From the IMG/VR virus record IMGVR_UViG_2615840722_000002, positions 3,936 to 67,935 of that record: a stretch of DNA of 64,000 bases, one strand, 5' to 3'. Origin of the DNA: a virus. Its lineage: Duplodnaviria > Caudoviricetes. The position numbers and the translations under genes were made by a program. Below, piece by piece: positions 55,182 to 64,000 of the stretch. The notes below the pieces were generated by a model, which saw only the letters and a list, made by a program, of their open reading frames with translations, made no database searches and was not told where the DNA came from. Positions within the stretch are counted from its first letter, which is position 1, and each line of letters starts with the position of its first letter.

Positions 55182-56189
55182 CTACTCTAGAGAAACCTGT
55201 TCAGTAATTTCCTCTTGTTCTAATTCTATAGCGAGTTGTTGTTCTCCTGTTTCCTCTTCATCCAATATTTCTTCAGACTCATTATTTTGATTATATTTTA
55301 TATCAAGTATGTGATTCAAAACATACATAATTACTTCCTCACCAACATTTGAGCGAAACCAAAGTCCCTCGTCCGTTATTACATAGGATATTTCATCTTT
55401 AAATCCAAAAGAATATTCATAAGGAAAAATTAGTGTTTTCTTCTTCATGGGTTGATCGCCGAATTCCTTTTTGTATTCTTCGGTCGATTCAAGGTCTTCG
55501 ACTCTTGTATGTGCTGTAACTTCTTTTGTAGCATAAACACCCTCTGTCATTTTATGCTTCGCAGCCCTTAAACGAGCTTTCAATCTACGAGCTAGTTCAT
55601 TGGCTTGTTGATCTGTCAGTTTGGTAACTTTATCCCAAACAACCTCTTCTTTTATATCCATAATTTTTAGTACAGATTGTTTGAAACTTTCGTTTTGTGT
55701 TTGACTTGCTCTGATTTCTACCGAAAAAGGTGAAAAGTGTACCACTACATATTCAAGTAATTGTGGAGAACGAACTACTATTTGGTAGTCGTCTAAATAT
55801 CTTTTGGGGGTACCTAAATAAGAAAAAGCTAAAATGATTTTTCCGTTTAATTGACGAGCCTTAATTAGTTTCGGTTCATTTGTTAACTTTGGACGAATGC
55901 CTTTCCCAAACAATGAACCTGTATACTTTTGAATTAGATAATCTTTAAAGTATTCAATATCATGCCATTCGGGAGGGATACCGCTCATCATAACATGTAT
56001 ATTAACCGCGGTCGCTCCAGCGAATTGGAATTGGTCAGCTAATTCCCAACCAATGGTAGGGCTAGCAGAGGAAACGGCATCGGCCATATCTTCTGTGGAA
56101 TTCAGCTTAGCATCAAAACCTTCCCTTTTTATTATCTCTTTTAAAGCTCCGGTAGGCACTTGCATTATTAGTATATCCTTTAGACTCAT
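55182..56189 (-). CDS. uncharacterised 335-aa protein (cassette gene 1)
   Basis: Long ORF, AAAGGGG RBS, acidic tail; no family recognised. Confidence 0.8.
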   Translation of the reverse strand: MSLKDILIMQVPTGALKEIIKREGFDAKLNSTEDMADAVSSASPTIGWELADQFQFAGATAVNIHVMMSGIPPEWHDIEYFKDYLIQKYTGSLFGKGIRPKLTNEPKLIKARQLNGKIILAFSYLGTPKRYLDDYQIVVRSPQLLEYVVVHFSPFSVEIRASQTQNESFKQSVLKIMDIKEEVVWDKVTKLTDQQANELARRLKARLRAAKHKMTEGVYATKEVTAHTRVEDLESTEEYKKEFGDQPMKKKTLIFPYEYSFGFKDEISYVITDEGLWFRSNVGEEVIMYVLNHILDIKYNQNNESEEILDEEETGEQQLAIELEQEEITEQVSLE

Positions 56190-56321
56190 GTGACAACCCC
56201 TTTCCTCTTCCTTTTATTGGTATTGTAATCCTTTTTTCCTATATAATCCAGTCTTTTTTAATAGTATAATCCATACAAAAAATAAAGACCGTCCCTAAGG
56301 TCGGTCTATTCATTGATTTTA

Positions 56322-57671
56322 TTATTTAAAAGGATTGAATTTCTTTTCTAGCTTCTTCTCAGTCGTCTCCTTTTTTAAGGCTGTAAACGGATTCGCTGGT
56401 GCAGCGGCTTTCCCTGCTCTTGTCCGTGTACTGGTACGCCCTTGACGGCTGCTTAACTCTCCACCAATGTCAAAACCAGACTGCCGCTCTTCTCTCTCTC
56501 TTTGCTTTGCTAGCAGCTCCTCGGACTCTTGTTTCAAATTTCTGGCCCGTTCTGGTAATCCCCGCAAGCTACAAATTGTATATACCAGTGCATGTTTGCT
56601 ATCCCATGTGGAACGGCCATAATAAATCGGCACTCCTTCCAACTCTCCTTGCAGCTGGCGATTAATTTTTTCTAATGTGTCCCTGTTCAATAGCTTTTCT
56701 GTGTTTTTCGGCATCACGATATTAATGCCGAATGCAATCGCATCATTTTTATAGTCAAATCCATTAGCCAGGACATTTCTTTCCCGGTATGTAGCCACAA
56801 TTTCATTAATCAGGTCGTTTTCGCTTTTCAGATCCCCGCTCTGTAAATTGATTTTCTTCTTCGCAAATGTGAGCACACCGCCCGTAAACAGCAGTTTGTT
56901 CTTAAAGTCTTCCGCATCTAAGGTTTTGTCACTCTCTAATGTAGTAACGACGTTCCATTCATGTAGTATAGAAGCTACCTTATAGTTTGAGTAACGGTCC
57001 CAAGATAAATTTGTAACTTCCGCGCTCCCCTGCTCCACAGCCTCTATATGCTCTTCAATAATTTTTTTGTTGTCTAGGATTACGATGTTCTCTAGAACGC
57101 GATACGAGCCGCCCTGTTCGTCCTCCTGGTACTCTTCTAATTTGGGTACCAACTCTTTCAACGCTTCGTATGCATTCACGTTTTCATCAACATGAGGGTT
57201 CGGGAGACTTACGATAGCCATAACTGGCTTTCCTAAGTAATCCGCACATACGTCAATGACCATGTTAATGGAGCCGGTTCCAGTACCTCCGCCCAGCGAC
57301 GCCACAACAACAATGGCTTCAGTATCGTGCATTACACGGTTGAGAGTTTCGAATACAATCTCCCCATTCGCCGCCATAGCTTGCTTACCCTTTTCAGGGT
57401 CCATACCAGCCCCTTTTTCAAACTCTGCACCTTTTAACTGGAGACGGTTAGCTCTATCGACGTTTTGAAGGTTTTGGATATCCCCCATATTTGTATTGAT
57501 GCATAGCACTGGATATTGGGCGTTCCCGTTCGCGTTCCGGATGCCAGCGAATGCATCAACGATTTTTCCTCCCCCCTGTCCCAACCCAACAAATCCAAGC
57601 TTTGTACCAACAGTCGCTCCTTTTTGCTTCACGAAACTTTCTAATTGCCATACATTGTCGATAGTTAACAT
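56322..57671 (-). CDS. tubZ: tubulin/FtsZ-family GTPase, TubZ-like partition motor
   Basis: GLGQGGGKI, INTN..D, GAG.DP..G, SLGGGTGTG, LDN, LDAEDF; basic C-terminal tail. Confidence 0.85.
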   Translation of the reverse strand: MLTIDNVWQLESFVKQKGATVGTKLGFVGLGQGGGKIVDAFAGIRNANGNAQYPVLCINTNMGDIQNLQNVDRANRLQLKGAEFEKGAGMDPEKGKQAMAANGEIVFETLNRVMHDTEAIVVVASLGGGTGTGSINMVIDVCADYLGKPVMAIVSLPNPHVDENVNAYEALKELVPKLEEYQEDEQGGSYRVLENIVILDNKKIIEEHIEAVEQGSAEVTNLSWDRYSNYKVASILHEWNVVTTLESDKTLDAEDFKNKLLFTGGVLTFAKKKINLQSGDLKSENDLINEIVATYRERNVLANGFDYKNDAIAFGINIVMPKNTEKLLNRDTLEKINRQLQGELEGVPIYYGRSTWDSKHALVYTICSLRGLPERARNLKQESEELLAKQREREERQSGFDIGGELSSRQGRTSTRTRAGKAAAPANPFTALKKETTEKKLEKKFNPFK

Positions 57672-57672
57672 T

Positions 57673-58056
57673 TTATACGTTCTCCCCTTTCGGCATGATT
57701 TTGCAGGCTTTTAGTAGCTCTGGATTCCGTTCTAAGAAATCACCCATATATTCTGTTGCCTTCTTGCCATTTTCAGTAAGAAAATACATGTCTGCCGGTT
57801 TTTTACGATAAGAACTAATGAATGTAGTACCTATCATTGTGGCGATCGCTTCATCAATCGCAAAACGAAATTTTTGTGTACCAGGATCAACATTACAAGC
57901 CGCTTGATACTCTCTCAAAATATCAATTTTAGATATACCCTCATCTGAACGTGTTATAAGGTACAAAACATCCAGCAATATTGATTCTTTAATTACTTTT
58001 TCGCAGATAAAAGCTACAGTTCTGTCATCAAATGCGACTACTTTTTCTTCTTGCAA
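57673..58056 (-). CDS. tubR: wHTH protein, putative TubR adaptor
   Basis: Directly upstream of tubZ; YFLTENG wing motif. Confidence 0.6.
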   Translation of the reverse strand: MQEEKVVAFDDRTVAFICEKVIKESILLDVLYLITRSDEGISKIDILREYQAACNVDPGTQKFRFAIDEAIATMIGTTFISSYRKKPADMYFLTENGKKATEYMGDFLERNPELLKACKIMPKGENV

Positions 58057-58083
58057 GGAGCTCTTCCCTCCAATTTATATAAG

Positions 58084-58161
58084 GTTACATTATGTTATAG
58101 TTACTTTATGTTTTGTTATGTAACATAAGGTAACGATACCATGTTGTTTTCGATTTGACAA
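58084..58161 (-). promoter_or_regulatory. tubRZ promoter and candidate tubC repeats
   Basis: TTGTCA-17-TATCGT with extended TG; ~10-bp GTTAC(A/C/T)TTAT-type repeats at 58084-58134. Confidence 0.55.
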
Positions 58162-58193
58162 TGGACTCCGTCAGGCTTTCAATAGATTTATCG

Positions 58194-58349
58194 GTGAGTA
58201 ACATGTGATAAGTGAATCACTAGTAAGTCATTTAATATGAGTCATATATAATGGGTGAATCACATGTGTGTTACTTGATTTGGGGAAATTTTTGCTGATT
58301 CTATTTAAAAAATGATTCATATGTGATATATGAATAACAAGTGAATCCT
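58194..58349. repeat. eight RTGARTCAY-like pseudo-palindromes
   Basis: At 58194, 58212, 58223, 58237, 58255, 58312, 58330 and 58341. Confidence 0.65.
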
Positions 58350-58383
58350 ATTGTGCGTATCTTTTTGAGAGAAAGGTGGGAGT

Positions 58384-59013
58384 ATGAAAGATTATTGGAA
58401 GATTATTGATTTCTCAAAAGAAGTCGGTAAACACTACAACACTGTAGACTCTTGGTTTAAACGACTTGAAGAACGTAAATTGCATTATGTAAACCGTGTT
58501 GGCGAAAGTCAGGAGAAGATTTACGATAACCTAGATTTAGAGATTGCCCATTTCATTGTTAAAAAGCGTGATCAAAAGTGGGCTCTAGACGCGATATTCG
58601 ATCAACTTGTTGATGAGTTTGAACTTAGACCGTTTCCAATTGATGAACAGGATAATTCGCCTGGAAAGATTGATATTGAAGCCATCACGCAAACCATTGA
58701 GCGTATCTATGAGCAAAAAACAGCCGCCAAGATAGAAGAAATGAAGAAAGAACTGCTTAATTCTTTACCGAAGCCTGTAGACCCTTTAGAAGAACGGCAA
58801 AACAGAGTCACAGACATGATTACGCAGAAACGTGTTGAATATATTCTCAGAGAAGAGGCGCGGAATCTATGGTCGCAAAAGCCAGAGTCTGAGAGGATGA
58901 AAAAAGTAGGGTGGTTTAGGAAAGAAGAAGACTTCGACAAACGTGAGCAATTTATCCGAGAATACATTCATCAACATTTTGAGGAACGTTTAAAGAAAGA
59001 GTATGAATTATAG
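58384..59013 (+). CDS. MerR-like HTH + coiled-coil protein (TubY/RacA-like)
   Basis: FSKEVGKHYNTVDSWFKRLE; C-terminal KKVGWF; divergent from tubRZ. Confidence 0.65.
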   Translation: MKDYWKIIDFSKEVGKHYNTVDSWFKRLEERKLHYVNRVGESQEKIYDNLDLEIAHFIVKKRDQKWALDAIFDQLVDEFELRPFPIDEQDNSPGKIDIEAITQTIERIYEQKTAAKIEEMKKELLNSLPKPVDPLEERQNRVTDMITQKRVEYILREEARNLWSQKPESERMKKVGWFRKEEDFDKREQFIREYIHQHFEERLKKEYEL

Positions 59014-59075
59014 GGTAGGGCAAACGGTGATTTATAGTAGGTTAAAAAGCACAAGCGGACACTTGTGCTTTTTAT

Positions 59076-59498
59076 TTATAAGCTTTTTCCGACTTGTTCA
59101 AGTACTCTTATAAACAGTGGAGAAAGCTGGATTAAGATATAGCCCAATCCTGCGTGTTGTATCGTATTCCAAGCCTTTTCAGAGTTACCAAACATGAAAA
59201 AGAAACAGCCTCCAATCATAACAACTGAAGCGACAGGCAGACTGATTGCAACAAGTATTTGAACAATTGGATCAAGAGCATGAGCAAGGATAGATAGCGA
59301 AGTAGAAGCAACAGCCTTGGTTGCCGCTTCGCCAGCTCCTTCAGCAAAGACCGCCGTCGGAGATAGGGCAAGGGGAACCATACAACCGGCCTTAATAAGT
59401 GTGCTCGTAAGCTTCTTTAGGTCTTTGTTGCTTATTTTTGGCGTCTTCCATGAGCCATCCATAAACTCAGTAAATCCGATCGTTTGAACCTTTGCCAT
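59076..59498 (-). CDS. pilin/VirB2-like membrane protein
   Basis: AVFA processing-like site followed by two TM helices. Confidence 0.55.
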   Translation of the reverse strand: MAKVQTIGFTEFMDGSWKTPKISNKDLKKLTSTLIKAGCMVPLALSPTAVFAEGAGEAATKAVASTSLSILAHALDPIVQILVAISLPVASVVMIGGCFFFMFGNSEKAWNTIQHAGLGYILIQLSPLFIRVLEQVGKSL

Positions 59499-59511
59499 TC
59501 TAAACACTCCC

Positions 59512-60123
59512 TTATTTAATCTCGTCAATCAAATACACCTGAAAGGGTAGGCCGTCGCATATCTCCCTAAAGCGTTTCATTCTGCTTTTGTTGACTGTTA
59601 CGATATGTAAAGTAGGAAAATAGCCGAAATTTTTATCATTTTGAAAGACACCTGACTCAAACATCTTTCTGTACTTGTGTACTTTTGCTTTGTTTTCAGC
59701 CATTGTTTGCCGATTATCCACTTCTAAAAAGTTGTACTGTTTATCCTTGAAGAAGAGGGCATCAGGGATAACACAAACCTTTCCTCCGATTTCTACCTTT
59801 CGTTCGTTAAACCAATGAGGAGGGCAGCCCATATGAAAGAAGAAGTCAACACGCATTAAGTTATGAGTAGTTTGCAGCGTCCGTTTTACTTGCTTTTTAG
59901 CCCCAATCATCTCCCGGCCTGACTTGTTTAGATAATATACCGTGTCATAGCCCTCTCGGAAGCTGTGTAGGTACGCTTCCATCTGCCGCAATACCTTTTG
60001 TGCGTTCCTGTCGCCTCCAAGCCTGTGAAGACGCTGTATGTGGCTCCTAGTCAAGAAATTGAATCTTTCCAGACTGAGCAATATCTGTTCTTGTCTCTCC
60101 ATCCGGCTTATTTTTGACCTCAT
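59512..60123 (-). CDS. replication-relaxation (Replic_Relax) family protein
   Basis: FLTRSHIQRLH, YYLNKSG, HNLMR, IPDALF, FLEVDN. Confidence 0.85.
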   Translation of the reverse strand: MRSKISRMERQEQILLSLERFNFLTRSHIQRLHRLGGDRNAQKVLRQMEAYLHSFREGYDTVYYLNKSGREMIGAKKQVKRTLQTTHNLMRVDFFFHMGCPPHWFNERKVEIGGKVCVIPDALFFKDKQYNFLEVDNRQTMAENKAKVHKYRKMFESGVFQNDKNFGYFPTLHIVTVNKSRMKRFREICDGLPFQVYLIDEIK

Positions 60124-61384
60124 TGACGGGCTCCTTTCTCGCTTTAATAACGATATGAGGCATAATGGCCTGATGAATGATCTTTGTTTCGATCATAGGT
60201 GTTTGCAGGATTCGTCTCCGGTCCGCCGTTTGATAAATTGCACGGCCTTTTACCTCTGGTAGTTCTTCAGCTCCCGTTTCATCAAGTACAACACGGCTGG
60301 CCGTTCCATTCTGAACCCTGAAGCAAAGCTTTGCATCTGAATTTTGTTTACACTGACGGGGAATCACGTCGCCCGTAGGGTACTGTGTGGCAAGAATCTG
60401 CCGATACCCAAGGCCGGCACCTAGCCGGGCAATTTGGCTCATGTATGTTTGGCAGCTCTCCTTCAATGCCCGTTCCTCTTTAGTAATGGCTTCAGACGGA
60501 TTTAGTTCTCCGACTTCATCAATGATGATGAAATGACGAGTAGGGTCCTTTGCCTCCTGTACATTCTTTACCGAGCGATGCTTAAATTGCTGTTGTTTCT
60601 CACGCATTTCTTTTACGACGGATCTGAGGGCTTTCTCGGCCTCTTCTGGCTCTTCGGCGTAGTTTACGACCTGTTCTATATCCTGGTAGTCTGAAAACTC
60701 TACACCGCCTTTTAAATCAATAAGGGTGAATTGAACGTTATCCGGCTGCAGGAGTAGGAGAGTGGTAATGAGCATATTGAGGAAATTTGATTTCCCATAC
60801 CGTGTGGCGCCGCCAATGACCATGTGAGGGATTTTTTCAAAGTCATGTAGAATGAGTTGGTTTCCTTCTCGAATTTGTCCTACGGTCACTTTCCAGCCGT
60901 CTCCGACTAGGCTTATGTCTGTGTAGTGGAGTAGGGTAGGTAGTGGCTCGTTATAGACCTTTATCTTGAGTAGGCCATCGTAAGACAGCTCTATCTCCTT
61001 TCTGGTGGCTTTTTTCTTCTTCAACAACTCTTTTATCTGGTGAATGAGGTTTTGCTTCAAATTAAGGCTTTTTAGGTCTGTTAGAGTGAAGTGGAGTAGG
61101 GTCTTCCTGTTATTAAGTCCATCCTGGATGTGATTGAATTTTGCTTTATAATCTTCAAAGCTTCTTCCCAATGGAATCCTATATCGGTACTCAACGCCCC
61201 AGGGATATATCTTTCTTTTGACAAGCTGCGTAGTGAATGTTCTTTTCCCGTCTCGAATGTTCAGACCTGAATTAGTAAAAATTTGATTCAATTTATCGCT
61301 GTCATTTGTTGCGCCCGTTTTTTTGAATTGGGCATAAAGGGCGATCGAACCCATCACAACTGAAGAGATAATCTCAAGCATCAA
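60047..61384 (-). CDS. FtsK/SpoIIIE-domain ATPase
   Basis: PHMVIGGATRYGKS, LIDLKGG, IIIDE, ATQYP, GAEELP..GRAIY. Confidence 0.92.
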   Translation of the reverse strand: MMLEIISSVVMGSIALYAQFKKTGATNDSDKLNQIFTNSGLNIRDGKRTFTTQLVKRKIYPWGVEYRYRIPLGRSFEDYKAKFNHIQDGLNNRKTLLHFTLTDLKSLNLKQNLIHQIKELLKKKKATRKEIELSYDGLLKIKVYNEPLPTLLHYTDISLVGDGWKVTVGQIREGNQLILHDFEKIPHMVIGGATRYGKSNFLNMLITTLLLLQPDNVQFTLIDLKGGVEFSDYQDIEQVVNYAEEPEEAEKALRSVVKEMREKQQQFKHRSVKNVQEAKDPTRHFIIIDEVGELNPSEAITKEERALKESCQTYMSQIARLGAGLGYRQILATQYPTGDVIPRQCKQNSDAKLCFRVQNGTASRVVLDETGAEELPEVKGRAIYQTADRRRILQTPMIETKIIHQAIMPHIVIKARKEPVNEVKNKPDGETRTDIAQSGKIQFLD

Positions 61385-61682
61385 TTTGTATCAACTCCTT
61401 TTTGAACAACGCCACCTCATTTTTATTTCTGTAAGAAATAGTTGGGGAGAAAGCGAACGACAAGAAGCAAGCTGTTTCATGCGAGAATATTGAGTTTTCA
61501 AGGTTCGTTTTTTCGTTCGCGCATCTCTCGTGCTGAACGCACTTGATTATGAACTCGACCGCGAACGGTGTGATTTGTTAAATGATATGGGAGTCCGCTT
61601 GTCCAAAATGCAAATTTTTTTTGGATGAAACGATAATTTTTCTTTGCAAATTGGACAGACTAAGTTCCAAGGAGTGATTTAG

Positions 61683-61907
61683 ATGTTTGGCCTTGGAAAG
61701 AAAAGAAGTAAATTTGGTAAATGGATTGATAAACGGGGAATTAGTCAACAATGGGTTGCGGCTAAGTCTGGAGTGAACCGGAATACCGTGGGGAAAATAG
61801 CGTCCGATCCGGATTATATACCGACTGGAACGACGATAAAGAAGATACTGTCGGCAGTACGCGCTGTCGATAAAAGCGTGAGAGCTGAAGACTTCTGGAG
61901 CATGTGA
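61683..61907 (+). CDS. XRE HTH regulator
   Basis: RSKFGKWIDKRGISQ..SGVNRNTV..DFW; AAGGAG RBS. Confidence 0.85.
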   Translation: MFGLGKKRSKFGKWIDKRGISQQWVAAKSGVNRNTVGKIASDPDYIPTGTTIKKILSAVRAVDKSVRAEDFWSM

Positions 61908-62093
61908 TGCCATTACATATCATGCCGTCTATAACCAAAAATAAAGCCTCCTGCCGGTTAAGGTAGGAGGCCATAGGTATGCTATTAAGCTGTATTGCTT
62001 CGCGCTTACTATCGCTATACGCTTACGCAATAAAGCATATGAACAATATTTTAAAAAAAGAACTATTTTCACAAAAAAATATTATTAAACATT

Positions 62094-62966
62094 TTATCTT
62101 TTTTCATTAAGTAATTCATACCAATTTTCTGGAAAACCAATAAGATGCAATTTTATCTGGTCTTCATACTGACTAACCAGTGCATATAAGTTAGAAATGA
62201 AAAAGTCCCAAACGCTTTTATCCAGACATAATCTGCTCATTATATATATAGCTGCAAATGGGCTTTTTTCTTGTATACCTCGTTTTTTATCATCATCAAA
62301 TAATTTTGGTGAAAGAACTAATCGTTTCCCGTACAGTCGTCCGTAGTGAGCACATACATTCCTTACATACGCCAGCGTTCTAAGCCAGCTTTCTATATAG
62401 AACGGGGTGGTCCCGTAAGTTTCACCTGCAATTTTCTTTTGATCATCTTTCTTCATGTTCTTAAATAACATGGATAGTGCACCAAAGGTTATAAGTTCAA
62501 CCACTGCCCATATCGGAAATTGACCATCATACTTTTGTTGATAATGCTGAACAAAGAGTTCTTTTCCCCTCGAAGTTTCTTTTTTAACTTCCAATAAAAA
62601 ATTAGCATGATGTAATTCGCTTTTGAAATATTCTTTATTTTTATATCCTAAAGGACCATATTTATGAGCTAATACATAGGCAATTTCAGTTCGAAAAGCG
62701 ATTTCTATATTTTCTAACATTGGAAGCAATATATTTCGTAGTTTCTGATCGAACTGATACAAGGTATATACATGTTCAAAGGTTATTCCATCAAAAAATC
62801 TGTCGTTTTTTTCTAATGACAATGTGTATCCGCGAAGTCTGTAGTAATTCACTCTTTTTAGAATTTCCAACGCAAAGTACTCATTTTTTATTATTAAATT
62901 TCTATTTTTCAACAAATTTAATTGCTCTTCATGTGTAAGTGCAGGTTTCATTTGGTTTTCCTCCAT
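62094..62966 (-). CDS. abiF: AbiD/AbiF (Abi_2) HEPN RNase
   Basis: VNYYRLRGY, LYQFDQKLR, PIWAVVELITFG, VRNVCAHYGRL (RxxxxH). Confidence 0.93.
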   Translation of the reverse strand: MEENQMKPALTHEEQLNLLKNRNLIIKNEYFALEILKRVNYYRLRGYTLSLEKNDRFFDGITFEHVYTLYQFDQKLRNILLPMLENIEIAFRTEIAYVLAHKYGPLGYKNKEYFKSELHHANFLLEVKKETSRGKELFVQHYQQKYDGQFPIWAVVELITFGALSMLFKNMKKDDQKKIAGETYGTTPFYIESWLRTLAYVRNVCAHYGRLYGKRLVLSPKLFDDDKKRGIQEKSPFAAIYIMSRLCLDKSVWDFFISNLYALVSQYEDQIKLHLIGFPENWYELLNEKR

Positions 62967-62981
62967 GAGAATAACCCCTAT

Positions 62982-63036
62982 AAATAAAAATGACTCACCC
63001 TGGTCCGCATTGTTAAGAGGCGTGGTGAGTTCTGTT
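62982..63036 (-). ncRNA. abiF-associated ncRNA/leader
   Basis: Minus strand: ACTCACC ACGCCTCTTAACAATGCGGACCAG GGTGAGT + T-tract; promoter TTGCCA-17-TATAAT (63071-63043). Confidence 0.7.
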
Positions 63037-63325
63037 ATCCATATTATAACTTAAACTTTCCAAAATGGCAATAAAAATGGACAAAGTGGCAACAATCATT
63101 TATAGATTACCAATTACAAGGTTACTGCTTCTTGATTGATTAAAGGTTGGTCGCAGTTTTGTTATTGTAAAGGACTTTATAGTCCGATTTATTATAGCGT
63201 TTGCTCTTGTTTTTGCTTACAAGTAAACATTTTCTTTCATTCTGCATCAAAACTTTATAAAAACAGATGCAGTAGTTAAGTATGGGTCTATGCGAATACA
63301 GAGTTAGACAGTAATTGCATGATAC

Positions 63326-63362
63326 AAAAAAAGCCCCGCCATCCATACGGACAGCGGGGCTT
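63326..63362 (-). terminator. lysis operon terminator
   Basis: AAGCCCCGC...GCGGGGCTTTTTT. Confidence 0.8.
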
Positions 63363-63369
63363 AATCATC

Positions 63370-63555
63370 TTACTCTTTCTTCGCTTTCCCGGTATACCCG
63401 GATACTACACCAACACCAATGCAAGCATAACTGATAAGGTCTAATCCTAAATCCCATAGACCTTGGGGAACAATAAATCCTCTTGCGTTTAAAACTTGAT
63501 ACAACAATCCACCAACGCCAGCCCACAGAAACGGGTCTTTCAGTCTCTCCTTCAT
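63370..63555 (-). CDS. holin
   Basis: RLKDPFLWAG, two TM helices, basic C-terminus; follows the amidase. Confidence 0.8.
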   Translation of the reverse strand: MKERLKDPFLWAGVGGLLYQVLNARGFIVPQGLWDLGLDLISYACIGVGVVSGYTGKAKKE

Positions 63556-64000
63556 TAGCCATTCACCTTCTTCATTCCGGCAGCTACACGCACCTCATCG
63601 GCAAGCCGACCAACTTCTTTTTTCTCATCCTGGCATGTTGAAGCGTTCCATCTGTCCTGTAAGATACGAATGATTTTGTTTGCATCTTCTGTTTTCATGA
63701 GTTTCTTTTCCTCCTTAGGTTGAGTAGGTTGTGGTGTTTCTGGCTTCTTTACTGGCACATAGGCAATACCGATAGCAACTAGCACACCTTGTCCGATGGC
63801 TTCCGCTAATTCAAGCAAAAAAGCAGCGTCTTTCATCAACGCCGCTTCCTTCGGATTCGATATGAAAAAGCATTCTAATAAAGCTGCTTTTGCCTTGACC
63901 TTTAATACAGCCAGATTTGTTCGTATCTTGATGCCACGGTCTTTTAATCCATGTCGTTGCAGGAACGCTTTAATAGCAGCGTGTAGGGCTTCAATTTGCC
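63555..64000 (-). CDS. N-acetylmuramoyl-L-alanine amidase endolysin (5' part outside the window)
   Basis: Frame reads GLKDRGIK...LAVLK...AALLECFFISNPKEA (Amidase_3) with C-terminal DANKII..LADEVRVAAG. Confidence 0.88.
   Translation of the reverse strand, partial: QIEALHAAIKAFLQRHGLKDRGIKIRTNLAVLKVKAKAALLECFFISNPKEAALMKDAAFLLELAEAIGQGVLVAIGIAYVPVKKPETPQPTQPKEEKKLMKTEDANKIIRILQDRWNASTCQDEKKEVGRLADEVRVAAGMKKVNG

Noticed and set aside
56322-57671. Host ftsZ
   Set aside because: No dcw context, divergent sequence, and paired with an adaptor gene and repeats
1-64000. Integrase, att sites, IS elements, protelomerase
   Set aside because: No recombinase, transposase or telomere-resolvase motifs seen in any ORF

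Overview
The window is almost the entire genome of a temperate myovirus of a spore-forming Bacillales host (Paenibacillaceae-like by protein style, inferred), mostly on the minus strand. It carries PBSX/skin-like (Xkd/Yqb) head, sheath, tail and baseplate genes (1-25.2 kb), late-control and accessory genes (25.5-31.9 kb), an early replication/recombination operon (32-45.9 kb) and a cro/cI switch. There is no integrase. Its place is taken by a plasmid maintenance block: a Rep_3 initiator with 21-bp iterons, a TubZ/TubR/TubY-type partition locus, and an FtsK/Replic_Relax/pilin-like module. AbiF with its ncRNA, a holin and a partial amidase follow. Lysis genes at the right end and baseplate genes at the left end fit a circular phage-plasmid. 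The most unusual signals are: a LexA copy that lacks the cleavage loop and both catalytic residues and sits behind an SOS box; a GreA coiled coil with its acidic tip precisely deleted; an unannotated 3-gene cassette with an A9G -1 frameshift fusion; two unrelated initiators sharing a DnaB-like C-terminal tail; and a DNA-transfer-like module behind a sigmaE-like promoter. All family calls are by eye from motifs and synteny; no database search was run.
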